Shown: positions 37,136 through 47,327 of the stretch, piece by piece
Position numbering within the stretch: the first letter of the stretch is position 1
Layout of the letters: each line of letters begins with the position of its first letter
Assembly (NCBI GenBank): GCA_964446625.1
Contig: CAYUPH010000002.1
Coordinates: 69,743 to 133,742, forward strand
DNA length: 64,000 bases
Direction: 5' to 3'
Origin: an uncultured Candidatus Saccharibacteria bacterium
Lineage (GTDB): Bacteria; Patescibacteriota; Minisyncoccia; Phycocordibacterales; CAIRYW01
Made by a program: the position numbers and the translations under genes
Notes under the pieces: model-generated
The model's database searches: none
Told to the model about the DNA's origin: nothing
The model's input: the letters and a program-made list of their open reading frames with translations, nothing else

Positions 37136-37988
37136 AGAAAAAGAAAAATTAATTCTCACTTTTGACCTAGAGATATGGCATGAGTCAAAATGGATGGAAC
37201 CTTTTATTTCTGAAGATTTAAAAAAAGACACTCTTACCGAATCCGTCCTTCCTCTTTTGCACATTCTAAAGGAAACAAATTCGCACGCGACCTTTTTTAC
37301 TACAAATGCTGTTCTCGACAATTACCCTGAAATAATTAAAAAGATTTTTTCAGAAGATCATGAAGTAGGATCTCATAGCACAACTCATATTCGTCTAGAC
37401 GAGCAGCAAGCTGAAGTATTTGAGGGAAACCTCCAGCTTCAAAAAGAAAAGATAGAAAAACTCATTGGTAAAAATGTTTCAGGATTTCGAGCACCTCACT
37501 TTTCTCTTAATCAGAAAACTAAATGGCTTATCCCTCTTTTAACACGCCTAGGTTTTCTTTACGACTCAAGTATTTTCCCTATAAAGACTCCTGAGTATGG
37601 CATTTCAAAAGCTCCTACTTTTCCTTATAAAATTAGTAGCGAGACGCTTCTCGAGGAAAAAGGAAGTTCTTTTTTGGAGTTTCCCCAATCAACAGTTAAA
37701 ATTTTTGGTCTACAAATCCCAGTTGCAGGCGGTGTTTATTTTAGAATTCTACCTCTTTTTATTTTTAAATTTCTTTTAAACATGGCGATAAAGCAAGGAA
37801 ACACTCCTATGGTATACTTTCACCCACATGAGCTTTACTCGGAAACACCTCGCATCAAGGGTCCTATACTTAAAACCTTTATCAAATATTTCGGAACAAA
37901 AAGATCCTTGCTAAAGTTCAATAAACTAATAAAAAATTACACTTGTATTTCGGTAGAAGAGTACATATCAAAAGTAAAAAATGTTTGA
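37119..37988 (+). CDS. Polysaccharide deacetylase (CE4, DUF3473-like)
   Basis: LTFDLE, ATFF, HEVGSH, GFRAP, YDSS, YFHPHE. Confidence 0.9.
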   Translation: MFSKTKEKEKLILTFDLEIWHESKWMEPFISEDLKKDTLTESVLPLLHILKETNSHATFFTTNAVLDNYPEIIKKIFSEDHEVGSHSTTHIRLDEQQAEVFEGNLQLQKEKIEKLIGKNVSGFRAPHFSLNQKTKWLIPLLTRLGFLYDSSIFPIKTPEYGISKAPTFPYKISSETLLEEKGSSFLEFPQSTVKIFGLQIPVAGGVYFRILPLFIFKFLLNMAIKQGNTPMVYFHPHELYSETPRIKGPILKTFIKYFGTKRSLLKFNKLIKNYTCISVEEYISKVKNV

Positions 37989-39216
37989 AAAAATTATAAA
38001 AAAAGCAGAAGCGTATCTTCAAACAGATGTGCGGTACATCCTCTCTGGAGGTTTCTGGCTAACTATGGGTCAAGTAATCTCGTCAGGAAGTTCTTTTCTT
38101 CTTTCAATCGCATTTGCCAACCTTCTTTCAAAAGAAGTATACGGAGAGTATAAGTATATAATCTCGCTTTTTGGGCTCCTTGGCGCTCTCTCACTTTCTG
38201 GGCTTGGAACTTCTATTACCGGATCGAGCGCTCGAGGATACGACGGCGTACTGCGAAAATCTTTTTTCCTTTGTCTCCGTTGGGGATTTTTAATTACAGG
38301 AGTTTCAACTCTAGCTTCCCTCTATTACTTTTTAAATCAAAACTTCACTCTTGGTTACTCACTTCTTGTGGTGGGAGTTATTAGTCCTTTTCTTTATAGC
38401 TCACTTCTCTATAAATCTTTTCTAAATGGAAAAAAAGAATTTCGAGCACTTACTCTCTATGGAATTATTTACAATGTAGTTCCAGTTCTTTGTATCATTG
38501 GAACTATTTTGCTAACCGAAAAAACAGTTTTTATCGTAACTGCCTACCTACTATCAAATACTATAATTTCACTTATTTTGTACAAACACGTTATTAAGAA
38601 GTATGCCCCGAACAATAAAATCGATGAGAAAAGTATTTCCTTTGGAAAACATCTGAGTCTCGTCAATACCTTAGACACTATTGCAACCTATATCGATAAA
38701 GTACTTCTTTTCCATTTTGATGGGGGAATTAATCTTGCTATTTATTCCTTTGCTGTCGCAGTACCCGAGCAAATACGAAGCTTACTCAAAATGATTCCAA
38801 CCTTAGCAATTCCAAAGCTTTCAGAAAAAACTCACGAACAGATCCAAAAAACAATTTACAAAAAGATTTTCAAAGTGATGCTAATCACGATTCCTATTGC
38901 GGTTCTCTACTACTTCATTGCTCCTTATATATACAAAATCGTATTCCCTGAGTACATAGACTCAATTATTTATTCGCAAGTGTTCATGCTAATTATCTTA
39001 GTAGAAGGAGGTCTGCCGGGGGCAGTATTTAAAGCGCAAATGGCAGTAAAAGAGTCTTACCTCTTAAATATTTTAGGAAACACTGCTCGCATTGCACTCA
39101 TTATTCCTCTTGTGTGGAGTTACGGAATTTGGGGACTCATTGTAGCGCGAATCTTAGGACGCTACCTTACTTTTGCCATTTCCCTTGCTCTTTTGGGAAA
39201 AATGAAGGAAAACTAA
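37981..39216 (+). CDS. Wzx-like oligosaccharide flippase
   Basis: ~12 TMs, LSKEVYGEY, IDKVLL..., typical MOP layout. Confidence 0.85.
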   Translation: MFEKIIKKAEAYLQTDVRYILSGGFWLTMGQVISSGSSFLLSIAFANLLSKEVYGEYKYIISLFGLLGALSLSGLGTSITGSSARGYDGVLRKSFFLCLRWGFLITGVSTLASLYYFLNQNFTLGYSLLVVGVISPFLYSSLLYKSFLNGKKEFRALTLYGIIYNVVPVLCIIGTILLTEKTVFIVTAYLLSNTIISLILYKHVIKKYAPNNKIDEKSISFGKHLSLVNTLDTIATYIDKVLLFHFDGGINLAIYSFAVAVPEQIRSLLKMIPTLAIPKLSEKTHEQIQKTIYKKIFKVMLITIPIAVLYYFIAPYIYKIVFPEYIDSIIYSQVFMLIILVEGGLPGAVFKAQMAVKESYLLNILGNTARIALIIPLVWSYGIWGLIVARILGRYLTFAISLALLGKMKEN

Positions 39217-39224
39217 AGAGTACC

Positions 39225-39962
39225 TTATAACGGAGCAGTTTTTCCTCCTTTTGCCACCCCTCCTTTTGCTAAATTGACACTTTTAACCTTTAAATGAAAA
39301 GGGTTGGCGGATATTTCATGCCTTAAATCAATAATTCTTTTTTTATAATCTTTTAGTAGTTGAGGCACATCTCCATTTTCGTCCACAGAAAAATCTACTA
39401 TTCTTCCAATAGTGATATGAAGTATTTTAATTTCTTTCGGCCCCACTTTTTTTTCAGTAAACTCATGATCAACTTTACCTCTCGCCTCATTAATTTCCTC
39501 AGGGATTTTAGTTGAAACAAGTATGAGATTTCCTTTTGTGTCCAAGAGAAGATATTTAAATTCAATTTCTTTATCTTTTAATGTCTCTGCCATGTCAGAT
39601 AGCGCCCCTTCAGAAACCAGACTTACATAAGCGGTCTCTGCTTCGTCTGTATCTTCAGCTTCTCCTTGAAGAAGCGACGAATGTAACTGGAAATCTCTCT
39701 GTGCAAGAAAAAATTTTATCCCGAGATCTTTTTCTATATCTTTTATTTTAGAAGTGAGTCTTTTTTGAACCTCTCCTTCTGAAGCCTCATCAAACTTTAG
39801 CCATACATTTAAACGTCTATCAAACTCCGCTCCAAATTCTCTAAATTGAGGAAGTCCTTCTTTAGACAAAACTCCTTCAAGCATTCTTTTACCGTCTGAG
39901 TTGATACCAGCATATATCCTTCCCACTTCCCTATCTTGTCCCAGTTTTTCTCCGTTTTCCAT
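39225..39962 (-). CDS. Hypothetical protein, probable 2H phosphoesterase fold
   Basis: Two H-x-S/T motifs (LHSSL, LHITI) about 90 aa apart. Confidence 0.55.
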   Translation of the reverse strand: MENGEKLGQDREVGRIYAGINSDGKRMLEGVLSKEGLPQFREFGAEFDRRLNVWLKFDEASEGEVQKRLTSKIKDIEKDLGIKFFLAQRDFQLHSSLLQGEAEDTDEAETAYVSLVSEGALSDMAETLKDKEIEFKYLLLDTKGNLILVSTKIPEEINEARGKVDHEFTEKKVGPKEIKILHITIGRIVDFSVDENGDVPQLLKDYKKRIIDLRHEISANPFHLKVKSVNLAKGGVAKGGKTAPL

Positions 39963-40036
39963 ATCATTATATTAATACACTATGCCTCGGAAACATAATG
40001 GCTAAAAACCACCCTTTCTGCTACAATAATCTCGCA

Positions 40037-40762
40037 ATGAAAGCAATTATATTAGCAGGAGGACAAGCAACAAGGCTTAGACCAATTACCGAGGACTTAC
40101 CGAAGTGTATGCTAAAAGTAGGCGAGCTCACTATAATTGAGTTTCAAATAAACACTCTAAAAGATGCAGGGGTTCTGAATATAATTATTGTAACTGGGTT
40201 TAAGGCAAAGCTACTGGAAAATTTTATTCTTGAAACATACAAAGACACTGCACTCCACTTCACTTTTGTTTTTAATTCAGAGTACGAAAGCACCCGTGCT
40301 GCTTACGGTCTTTGGACTGCAAGGGAGTATTTAAACGAAGAAACAATTTACCTCAATTCTGACCTTTACTGTGAAAAAAAAATATTTGAAGAAGTAATCA
40401 ATCATGAAAAAGATTCTGTAACTGCAATTCAAAACACTCCCTGGGACGAAGAGGAAGTAAATGTTGTTATTGATTCAAATTCAAAAGTAGAAAAAATCGG
40501 AAAGCTAATTCCTGAACACGAGAGCTCGGGAGAATTTATTGGCGCAACAAAACTGAGTAAAGAATTTTTAGAAAGCCTTATTTCGGTTCTCGACGATATG
40601 GTTGGGCGAGGTGACAAACAAAAATTTGCTGTTGATGCCATTCAAAGCGTTATCGACGGAGGAAAATATTCTTTGTTTGCCCACAATGTGACAAGGTACA
40701 AAGCCATAGAAATTGACTCAATAGAAGATTACGAAAACGGAAAAAAGCTATGGGAAAAATAA
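40037..40762 (+). CDS. LicC/PntC-like nucleotidyl(cytidylyl)transferase
   Basis: KAIILAGGQATRL..PKC, NSD, GEFIG, EIDS.ED. Confidence 0.85.
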   Translation: MKAIILAGGQATRLRPITEDLPKCMLKVGELTIIEFQINTLKDAGVLNIIIVTGFKAKLLENFILETYKDTALHFTFVFNSEYESTRAAYGLWTAREYLNEETIYLNSDLYCEKKIFEEVINHEKDSVTAIQNTPWDEEEVNVVIDSNSKVEKIGKLIPEHESSGEFIGATKLSKEFLESLISVLDDMVGRGDKQKFAVDAIQSVIDGGKYSLFAHNVTRYKAIEIDSIEDYENGKKLWEK

Positions 40763-41922
40763 AAGTATTTTTTGGAAAAGCGTTCACTTTTTTTGATATT
40801 GCTTTTACTCCACTAATTTTTTTACTTTCTAAACTAACACCAAGAGACCCTTACACATGGGTTTTTATTGGCTGGCACAGAAGTAGCAAAATAGAAATCT
40901 TTGCGGACAATACCAAGTACCTTTTTCTTTACACCCATAAGAATCTAAAAAGGGTAAAACCCGTGTGGCTCGCTAAAGACAGGACACTTGCCGCGCTCCT
41001 AAGGGAAAGAGGCTACAACTCTTATTATGAACATAGTCTAAAGGGAATTTATTATGCACTAAGAGCAAAATACACTTTTCTCGACGCATTTCTTCAAAGG
41101 CAAAACTATAGACTTACAGGGAGAGGAAAAATTATGCAGCTCCTCCACGGGAAAGGTATGAAGAAAAAAGGATACGACGAAGTTCAGCTTCGCCCCCAGG
41201 ATTATATTTTCGCCCCGTCACAATTTGTCATTGGGCTCCTTCCCTCTTCTTTTACAATAAAAAGTAAAATCTTGGTGACTGGATATTCCCGAAGTGATGA
41301 GATTTACGCGGATATAGAAGGCTCAGATATTTCTGTGTGCACTGAAACTTTGCAGTCATTAAAAGAGAAAAAGGAACAAGAAGTAAAAACTCTGTGGTAT
41401 GCCCCGACTTTTAGAAGAGGACAAAAAGTATTTGATATAGAAAAAGTACTTGAAGTATCAAAGCTTTCTGCGTGGCTCAAAGAGAAAAACCTTCACCTTT
41501 ACATTTCTCTTCATCCAAAATACAGAGACCAGGCTCGAAGTGCTTCGTATGAAAACATTAGCTTCTTTGAAGACTCCGATGTTTACCCGCTTATGAAGTA
41601 TTTTGATATACAAATTACAGACTACTCATCCTCTTTTACAGATTATATTCTCCTGGACAGACCAATTATATTTTACCCCTACGACATAGAGGACTATACA
41701 AAAAACGAAGGATTTAGCTTTGACTACGATTCCCACACACCAGGGCCAAAGGCATACGACCCAAAAGGCCTACGAGACCAAATCGAAAATGTCCTCACAG
41801 AAGATAAGCATACAGAAGCTCGGAAGGAAATCCGGGACCTTTACCATGATTTTAAAGACGCTCATTCATCAAGGAGGATTATCGACGCAATTGAAAAAGA
41901 AGAAGGTCTAACTCTTTCTTAA
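40750..41922 (+). CDS. CDP-glycerol glycerophosphotransferase family (TagB/TagF-like)
   Basis: DNTKYLF, LHG..K, TGYSRSD, YAPTFR, LHP, ITDYSS..DY. Confidence 0.9.
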   Translation: MGKIKVFFGKAFTFFDIAFTPLIFLLSKLTPRDPYTWVFIGWHRSSKIEIFADNTKYLFLYTHKNLKRVKPVWLAKDRTLAALLRERGYNSYYEHSLKGIYYALRAKYTFLDAFLQRQNYRLTGRGKIMQLLHGKGMKKKGYDEVQLRPQDYIFAPSQFVIGLLPSSFTIKSKILVTGYSRSDEIYADIEGSDISVCTETLQSLKEKKEQEVKTLWYAPTFRRGQKVFDIEKVLEVSKLSAWLKEKNLHLYISLHPKYRDQARSASYENISFFEDSDVYPLMKYFDIQITDYSSSFTDYILLDRPIIFYPYDIEDYTKNEGFSFDYDSHTPGPKAYDPKGLRDQIENVLTEDKHTEARKEIRDLYHDFKDAHSSRRIIDAIEKEEGLTLS

Positions 41923-43064
41923 GATATCTTTTGATTATTCCAAACCACTAAAAGCAGTTTTCCAAACTCATCACTATATCTTTTTACCGAGTACTTATCT
42001 GCAGTAGAAACTGCATTTTCTTTCATTACCGGAAGCTCAGAACTACTTAGTGAAAGTGCCTTTTTCATTGCGCTTCGAAAACTCTCTGGAGTTGCGTCAG
42101 AAAAAAATCCATTATATCCATCTTTTAAGTACTCAATGACTCCCGCAACTCGAGTTGAAATAACAGGAAGACCAAAAGCGAGAGCTTCCATAGCAGCAAT
42201 GCAAAAGCCCTCGTGCCTTGAAGTTAAAAGAAAGTAATCAGAAATTGCATAGTACTTATGCACATATTTATTCTCACCAAGTACCAACACTTTATTCGTG
42301 AGGCCAAGTGACTCCACCTGGTCTTCGACTTTTTTTCTTAAACTACCATCACCTAGTATAACTAGGACGGAATCATTTCTTTCTTTTAATAGAAGATTAA
42401 AAGCGTTCACCATAAGTTCATGATTTTTTTGTGTAGTGATTCTTGCCACACTCAAAAAAACTTTATCGGTTGGATTAATTCCAATTTCCTTTCTAATTTG
42501 TTCTCTTTGATTAAACAACTCTTTTTTTGAATTTTGAATTCCCTCTATATCTACACCATTGTAGATTACCTTCATTTTCCTAGGGTCTATTTTTTCATTT
42601 GAAGTTATAAAACTTGAAACCTCCTTTGAGTCAGCGATAATTGCATTTGAAAAAGTAGAGAGAAATCTGTCTAGAATTCTAAACGACCACTTTCGCGGTG
42701 TTCCAGTGTTGTGTTCTGCAGATATAAGCTTGTATCCAAAAAAAGGTTTTAAAATTCTAAAAATATTATTACTAAAAAAAAGACTAGTTTTTATAATATC
42801 AGGTTTCAATTTACGGAGCTCTTGGATAATTGCTACCCATCCTTTTAGGTCAAGAAATCCCTTAAAATCAAACTTTGTTACAGAAACTCCTTCTGGAACA
42901 AGGTTATAAAAATCCCCTTTTCCTCTAAACTGCATCAAAGTAAAAAGACTAGGAGAAAAGACACTTTTATCAAGCCCTCTTAGTTGATCTAAAGTAAGTC
43001 TTTGAACACCTCCGATAATCAAATCATTCTCAACAATCAGAAGTTTTATTGGCTTTTTTTGCAC
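41919..43064 (-). CDS. GT4 glycosyltransferase
   Basis: GGVQR, YNGVD, EGFCIAAMEA. Confidence 0.9.
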   Translation of the reverse strand: MQKKPIKLLIVENDLIIGGVQRLTLDQLRGLDKSVFSPSLFTLMQFRGKGDFYNLVPEGVSVTKFDFKGFLDLKGWVAIIQELRKLKPDIIKTSLFFSNNIFRILKPFFGYKLISAEHNTGTPRKWSFRILDRFLSTFSNAIIADSKEVSSFITSNEKIDPRKMKVIYNGVDIEGIQNSKKELFNQREQIRKEIGINPTDKVFLSVARITTQKNHELMVNAFNLLLKERNDSVLVILGDGSLRKKVEDQVESLGLTNKVLVLGENKYVHKYYAISDYFLLTSRHEGFCIAAMEALAFGLPVISTRVAGVIEYLKDGYNGFFSDATPESFRSAMKKALSLSSSELPVMKENAVSTADKYSVKRYSDEFGKLLLVVWNNQKIS

Positions 43065-43072
43065 AAGTGAAA

Positions 43073-44146
43073 TTATTGAAGTTCCAATTTTCCTTTAGAA
43101 CTAAGAACTTTTACCTGCTTCATAAAAAGCTTTGGTGTCCACCACTCGGGGTTATTGCGATACCATTCTATTACCATATCGAGACCCTCCTCAAATGATA
43201 CCTTTGGCTTCCACCCTATTGCTTTTCGAATTTTATTTGTGTCGCTTATGTGTTTTTCAACTTGTCCGAGTCTATCCCCTACTTTTTTTATGTATTTCGC
43301 TGGAGAAGCAATGTTCATTTTTTTACATAATAGGCTCGCAATTTCATTTACAGATACAGTTCTTTCACTTCCAATATTGAATACTTCTCCGTCTACAATT
43401 TTTGATGGTGCCTGAAGAAGCATATCAATCGCATTAGCTGCATCACTTGTATGAGTAAAATCTCGATAACTTTCTCCTCCTCCATGAATTGTCATAGGCT
43501 CTCCTTGAAGAAGACTTGTAATAAAACGAGGGATTACTTTTTCAGGATGTTGATTTGGACCAAAAAGATTAAAAGGTCTCACAATAACAGCAGGAATAGA
43601 ATAAGTTGCGATATATGAGTAAACTAGTCTGTCCGCCCCTGCTTTTGCAGCAGCATAAGGACTACGCGGGTTTAGTGGGTGCTCTTCAGACATTCCGGGA
43701 GTTTCAGCAGTACCGTACACTTCACTTGTTGATATATGAATAAAACGCTTTATTTTGTCTTTATTTTTAAGGAGCGATTGAAGGAGTACTTCCGTTCCAA
43801 GCATATCAGTTTCAATAAAACGAATATCGTCTGCAATTGAGCGAGCCACATGTGTTTCTGCAGCAAAATGCACTACATAGTCACAAAGAGAAAATATCTC
43901 CTCCATCATTTTTATATTAGTAATATTTTCATACCAGAAAGTAAACCGACTACTCTCTCTTATGCTTATATCAATGTTTCGGAGGTCTCCTGCATAAGTA
44001 AGAGTGTCAACAACATGAAAATGGGTTTTAGGATATTTATTCCAGAGATATCTAAGTACATTACTACCTATAAATCCCGCTCCACCTGTAATTAAAATCG
44101 ACTTTGGGTTAAAAGATTTTCCGTCGGCTTTTCCTGTTTTTTTCAT
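43073..44146 (-). CDS. rfbB: dTDP-glucose 4,6-dehydratase
   Basis: TGGAGFIG, HFAAETHV.RS, STSEVYG, SPYAAAK, PEKVIP. Confidence 0.85.
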   Translation of the reverse strand: MKKTGKADGKSFNPKSILITGGAGFIGSNVLRYLWNKYPKTHFHVVDTLTYAGDLRNIDISIRESSRFTFWYENITNIKMMEEIFSLCDYVVHFAAETHVARSIADDIRFIETDMLGTEVLLQSLLKNKDKIKRFIHISTSEVYGTAETPGMSEEHPLNPRSPYAAAKAGADRLVYSYIATYSIPAVIVRPFNLFGPNQHPEKVIPRFITSLLQGEPMTIHGGGESYRDFTHTSDAANAIDMLLQAPSKIVDGEVFNIGSERTVSVNEIASLLCKKMNIASPAKYIKKVGDRLGQVEKHISDTNKIRKAIGWKPKVSFEEGLDMVIEWYRNNPEWWTPKLFMKQVKVLSSKGKLELQ

Positions 44147-44238
44147 AAATATAAGTTATTTACTTTGGGATTATTATATACCCCGCCTATAGTGAAAGCA
44201 ATTTAGCGTGATATATTGACATATAATACTTTTTATTT

Positions 44239-44985
44239 CTATATTTTTGCCGCAGCCTTTGCTTTAAATTCAGGAAAGGTTGTATCCCTTCCTACAAAAT
44301 ACCTCGGGATTTCAAAATTATTTTGTAAATTATTATACACTCCGCTTTTTACTGTAACCGCTGCACTGTATCCTACTTCTTTTGCCTTTTCGACGCACAT
44401 TTGGTTAAACCTTCCCTTTGGGTATGCAAGGAGAGTTCCTGGCTTCCCTGTAATTTTTTCTATAAATTCCTTTGATTCCTCTAGCTCATAGTGAAGATCT
44501 TCTTTAGAAAGAACACTCAAATCAGGATGCGAAACTGTGTGGGGCATAAGCTCTATTGTTTCTCTTTCTTCCTTCGCAATATGCAAAATTTGCTCCATAT
44601 CCATAACAGAAAGTGTCACACCATCACTAGTTGTCATCTCACTTCCAATTTTTCCTGTTGGAATAAAAAAAGTCGCTTTCATGCCATACTTGCGAAGTAA
44701 CGGTAAAACAGTTGTAAAGTTATCGGTATAACCATCATCAAAAGTAAGCACGATTTCGTTTTCACTTTTTTTTGCTAGTAGATCAGAAATTGCTTCACTT
44801 AAAAATACAGTCTTTAATCCTTTTTGCTTTATATACTTCAGTTGACGCTCGAATTTTTGAGGAGAAACAGTAAAAAAAGCATTACTCTCTCCCACTGAGT
44901 GGTACATCAAAATACTCACACCCTCCTTCGATGGAAATAGAAGACGAAAAGAAAAATAGCAATACTTTAAAAACTTCTTTAACAT
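44239..44985 (-). CDS. Polysaccharide deacetylase (CE4)
   Basis: ILMYH, LTFDDG, HTVSH, AYPKG. Confidence 0.9.
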   Translation of the reverse strand: MLKKFLKYCYFSFRLLFPSKEGVSILMYHSVGESNAFFTVSPQKFERQLKYIKQKGLKTVFLSEAISDLLAKKSENEIVLTFDDGYTDNFTTVLPLLRKYGMKATFFIPTGKIGSEMTTSDGVTLSVMDMEQILHIAKEERETIELMPHTVSHPDLSVLSKEDLHYELEESKEFIEKITGKPGTLLAYPKGRFNQMCVEKAKEVGYSAAVTVKSGVYNNLQNNFEIPRYFVGRDTTFPEFKAKAAAKI

Positions 44986-46007
44986 ACAATTTTTTGGACT
45001 AGGAGTGACAAACTGTGATCCCTAACAACAATTTCTCGGAGTCTCTTACCAATCTGTTTTTTTTCCGCTTCTCCCAGAGAACTTAGGTAACTAATTTTTT
45101 CTTTTAAGTCTGTAGTGTCGTTCTCTTTTACCAAAAGGCGGTCTCTTAAATCTGTGGGAAAAATTTCTTCGAAAGACTTGTTTTGCACAAGAACCAGACC
45201 TTCGGTGGCCATCATTTCAAGTATCACTTTATCAAAGGATCCACTTGGAGTCATATTTATTAGGATTTCATGTGAATTAAATATATCTTTTGTCTGACAA
45301 TTAGGAACACTCCCTTTAAATACCACTTTTCCTATCTTTTCAAAAGACGAGCTGTCTTTCCTGATTTTGTTGTAATAAGAAACTTCTGAACTTTTATTTA
45401 CCTTATCACCAAAAAGATTGAGTGTGTATTCTGGAGGTAGTGCACATACAGCTTCCAAAATATTCTCAACTTTTTTTATTGATGAAATCCTGCCAAGGTA
45501 AAGAAGAGAGTGCGGTGTGCGCTTAATTTCTTCTCTGCAAAAGAAGTTTGTATCTATTCCAGCAGGCATAAGCTCTGTTTTTTTAAAAGAAGCAGTAAAA
45601 GAAAACGCTGAGGTACAATACACTTTGTCTGCCAAAAAAACTGCGACTCTGGTTTTAAACGAACCATGCGGATGATTTCTCCAAAGTAAAATCTTCTTTC
45701 CTAAAACCTTCCACAAAAGACCTGCGAGAAGGACATACTCTTCGTTCATATGCACAAAGACTGTGTCGTACTCTTTGCGAAGTGTCCAAATATATTTAAA
45801 AAGATTTTGTATGTATTTTATCTTTGAGACGCCCCTCTCCTTCCCAAGAGAATAAATAGGCGCCCCCCCTGTTTCCACTTCACCTTTTTCCAAACAAATG
45901 ACCGAAAGTTTCTCTACTTTCTTTTGAAACTCTTCTATCCACCTTACAAAAAAGCCGAGTACATCATCATTTTTATCTACTTTTTGTGTAAGAATTAGAA
46001 GTTTCAT
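44979..46007 (-). CDS. GT4 glycosyltransferase
   Basis: GID, GRISSIK, GSFDKVILEMMA. Confidence 0.88.
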   Translation of the reverse strand: MKLLILTQKVDKNDDVLGFFVRWIEEFQKKVEKLSVICLEKGEVETGGAPIYSLGKERGVSKIKYIQNLFKYIWTLRKEYDTVFVHMNEEYVLLAGLLWKVLGKKILLWRNHPHGSFKTRVAVFLADKVYCTSAFSFTASFKKTELMPAGIDTNFFCREEIKRTPHSLLYLGRISSIKKVENILEAVCALPPEYTLNLFGDKVNKSSEVSYYNKIRKDSSSFEKIGKVVFKGSVPNCQTKDIFNSHEILINMTPSGSFDKVILEMMATEGLVLVQNKSFEEIFPTDLRDRLLVKENDTTDLKEKISYLSSLGEAEKKQIGKRLREIVVRDHSLSLLVQKIVC

Positions 46008-46009
46008 TT

Positions 46010-46849
46010 TTAAAGTCCGTATACACCTTTTAGTAGTTCACTGTCTTTTCCGCTAGATTTTAATAGCTCAACATTTTTTTCCTCCATGGCTCGAAGCATT
46101 TGAAGACCTTTTAAATCCTCTACTTTATTTTCGTAAAACTCACGAAGTGCTGCGAAATCCTTTATGAAGCACTCTCCCCCTGCCCCTCTTCCTGATTTGT
46201 GTAGTGCATTTGCGTAAGTAGGCCCATTGTCAGGGTCTGCTCCTATTGCTTCTTTAATTTTCTCATAGTCTACCCCTTCTGCCTGGCTTAGATCATAAAA
46301 AATATTTGCCATAAGCACTCTCGCATACCCAATACAATTGCGGGCATATTTTATAAGTTCCGCTTCAGTGGAATCGCACACAAGCGAGAACTGCGATTTA
46401 GGTAGAACACTAAGAACTTCTTCAGAGACTCTTGTATAGGCATCCGTTTTTTGAGGAATACCAATTATATTCCTCGTAGGGTGTGACGCATCATACTTTG
46501 CTGTTGCTACAGACAGAAATTCGGGATTATGAACAACAAAGATTTCAGAAAAATCGGCGGCAATCTCTTTTGTTTTTCCTGGAAGTAGTGTTGATTTTAT
46601 AACCGCAACCTTGCCTTTTCCCACCAAAGCAAGAGCGCTGCGAACAATACTATCGCTAAAACCTTCTTTTGTTGTAGGAGTTGGCACTGCTACAAAAACA
46701 ATATCACACGAAGAAATTTTTTCTTTGTTTTGAATATAAGGCTCTTCGAGAGAGTAGCGTACGACTTCAAAGCCCCGCTCTTCAAAGTCGTCCGCGTAGT
46801 TTTTTCCTATCCATCCTTGCCCAATAAAACCGATTTTTTTATTTTGCAT
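46010..46849 (-). CDS. UDP-glucose/GDP-mannose dehydrogenase family, short form
   Basis: IGQGWIG, VPTP, KST, NPEFL, AELIKY, GGECFIKD; lacks C-terminal domain. Confidence 0.88.
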   Translation of the reverse strand: MQNKKIGFIGQGWIGKNYADDFEERGFEVVRYSLEEPYIQNKEKISSCDIVFVAVPTPTTKEGFSDSIVRSALALVGKGKVAVIKSTLLPGKTKEIAADFSEIFVVHNPEFLSVATAKYDASHPTRNIIGIPQKTDAYTRVSEEVLSVLPKSQFSLVCDSTEAELIKYARNCIGYARVLMANIFYDLSQAEGVDYEKIKEAIGADPDNGPTYANALHKSGRGAGGECFIKDFAALREFYENKVEDLKGLQMLRAMEEKNVELLKSSGKDSELLKGVYGL

Positions 46850-46850
46850 A

Positions 46851-47327
46851 CTATCTTTTTTTTACACTCTTTTGGCAAATATAACAAACATTTTGCCTTT
46901 CAATAAGTCCATCTATCATCTTTGTGGTAGAAATTTCAGGAGTATATTTTGGCTCAATAACCTTCCCTCCCCATGTCTTCATAAGTTCAATTACTTTTTT
47001 TCGTTTCTCTGCTTGCACTCCTGTTTTCCAATCGTCCCCATGAACAAAATAATCCGGGCGAAGTTTCAAAAGGTTCTTTGTAAAATCTAAGGTTGTCTGT
47101 TTCATTACTTTCTCTACCCCTTTTATTTGCTCGATCACTTTTTTTCTCATTTGGTAGCTATGAACAGGAATTCTCTTATAACTCGCGATTGCCTCGTCAG
47201 TAAGGAGCCCTACAACAACATCTCCTAGTTTCTTTCCTTTTAGGATAATATTCACGTGCCCATGGTGGATTATATCTACCGCCATAGGGACATATACTAC
47301 TTTTTTCTTTTTATTTTCTTTTTTCAT
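46851..47327 (-). CDS. HxGH cytidylyltransferase (TagD-like; resembles the CT domain of AepX/Fom1 fusions)
   Basis: DIIHHGH, VGLLTDEAIASYKR, VHGDDW, ISTT. Confidence 0.88.
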   Translation of the reverse strand: MKKENKKKKVVYVPMAVDIIHHGHVNIILKGKKLGDVVVGLLTDEAIASYKRIPVHSYQMRKKVIEQIKGVEKVMKQTTLDFTKNLLKLRPDYFVHGDDWKTGVQAEKRKKVIELMKTWGGKVIEPKYTPEISTTKMIDGLIERQNVCYICQKSVKKR

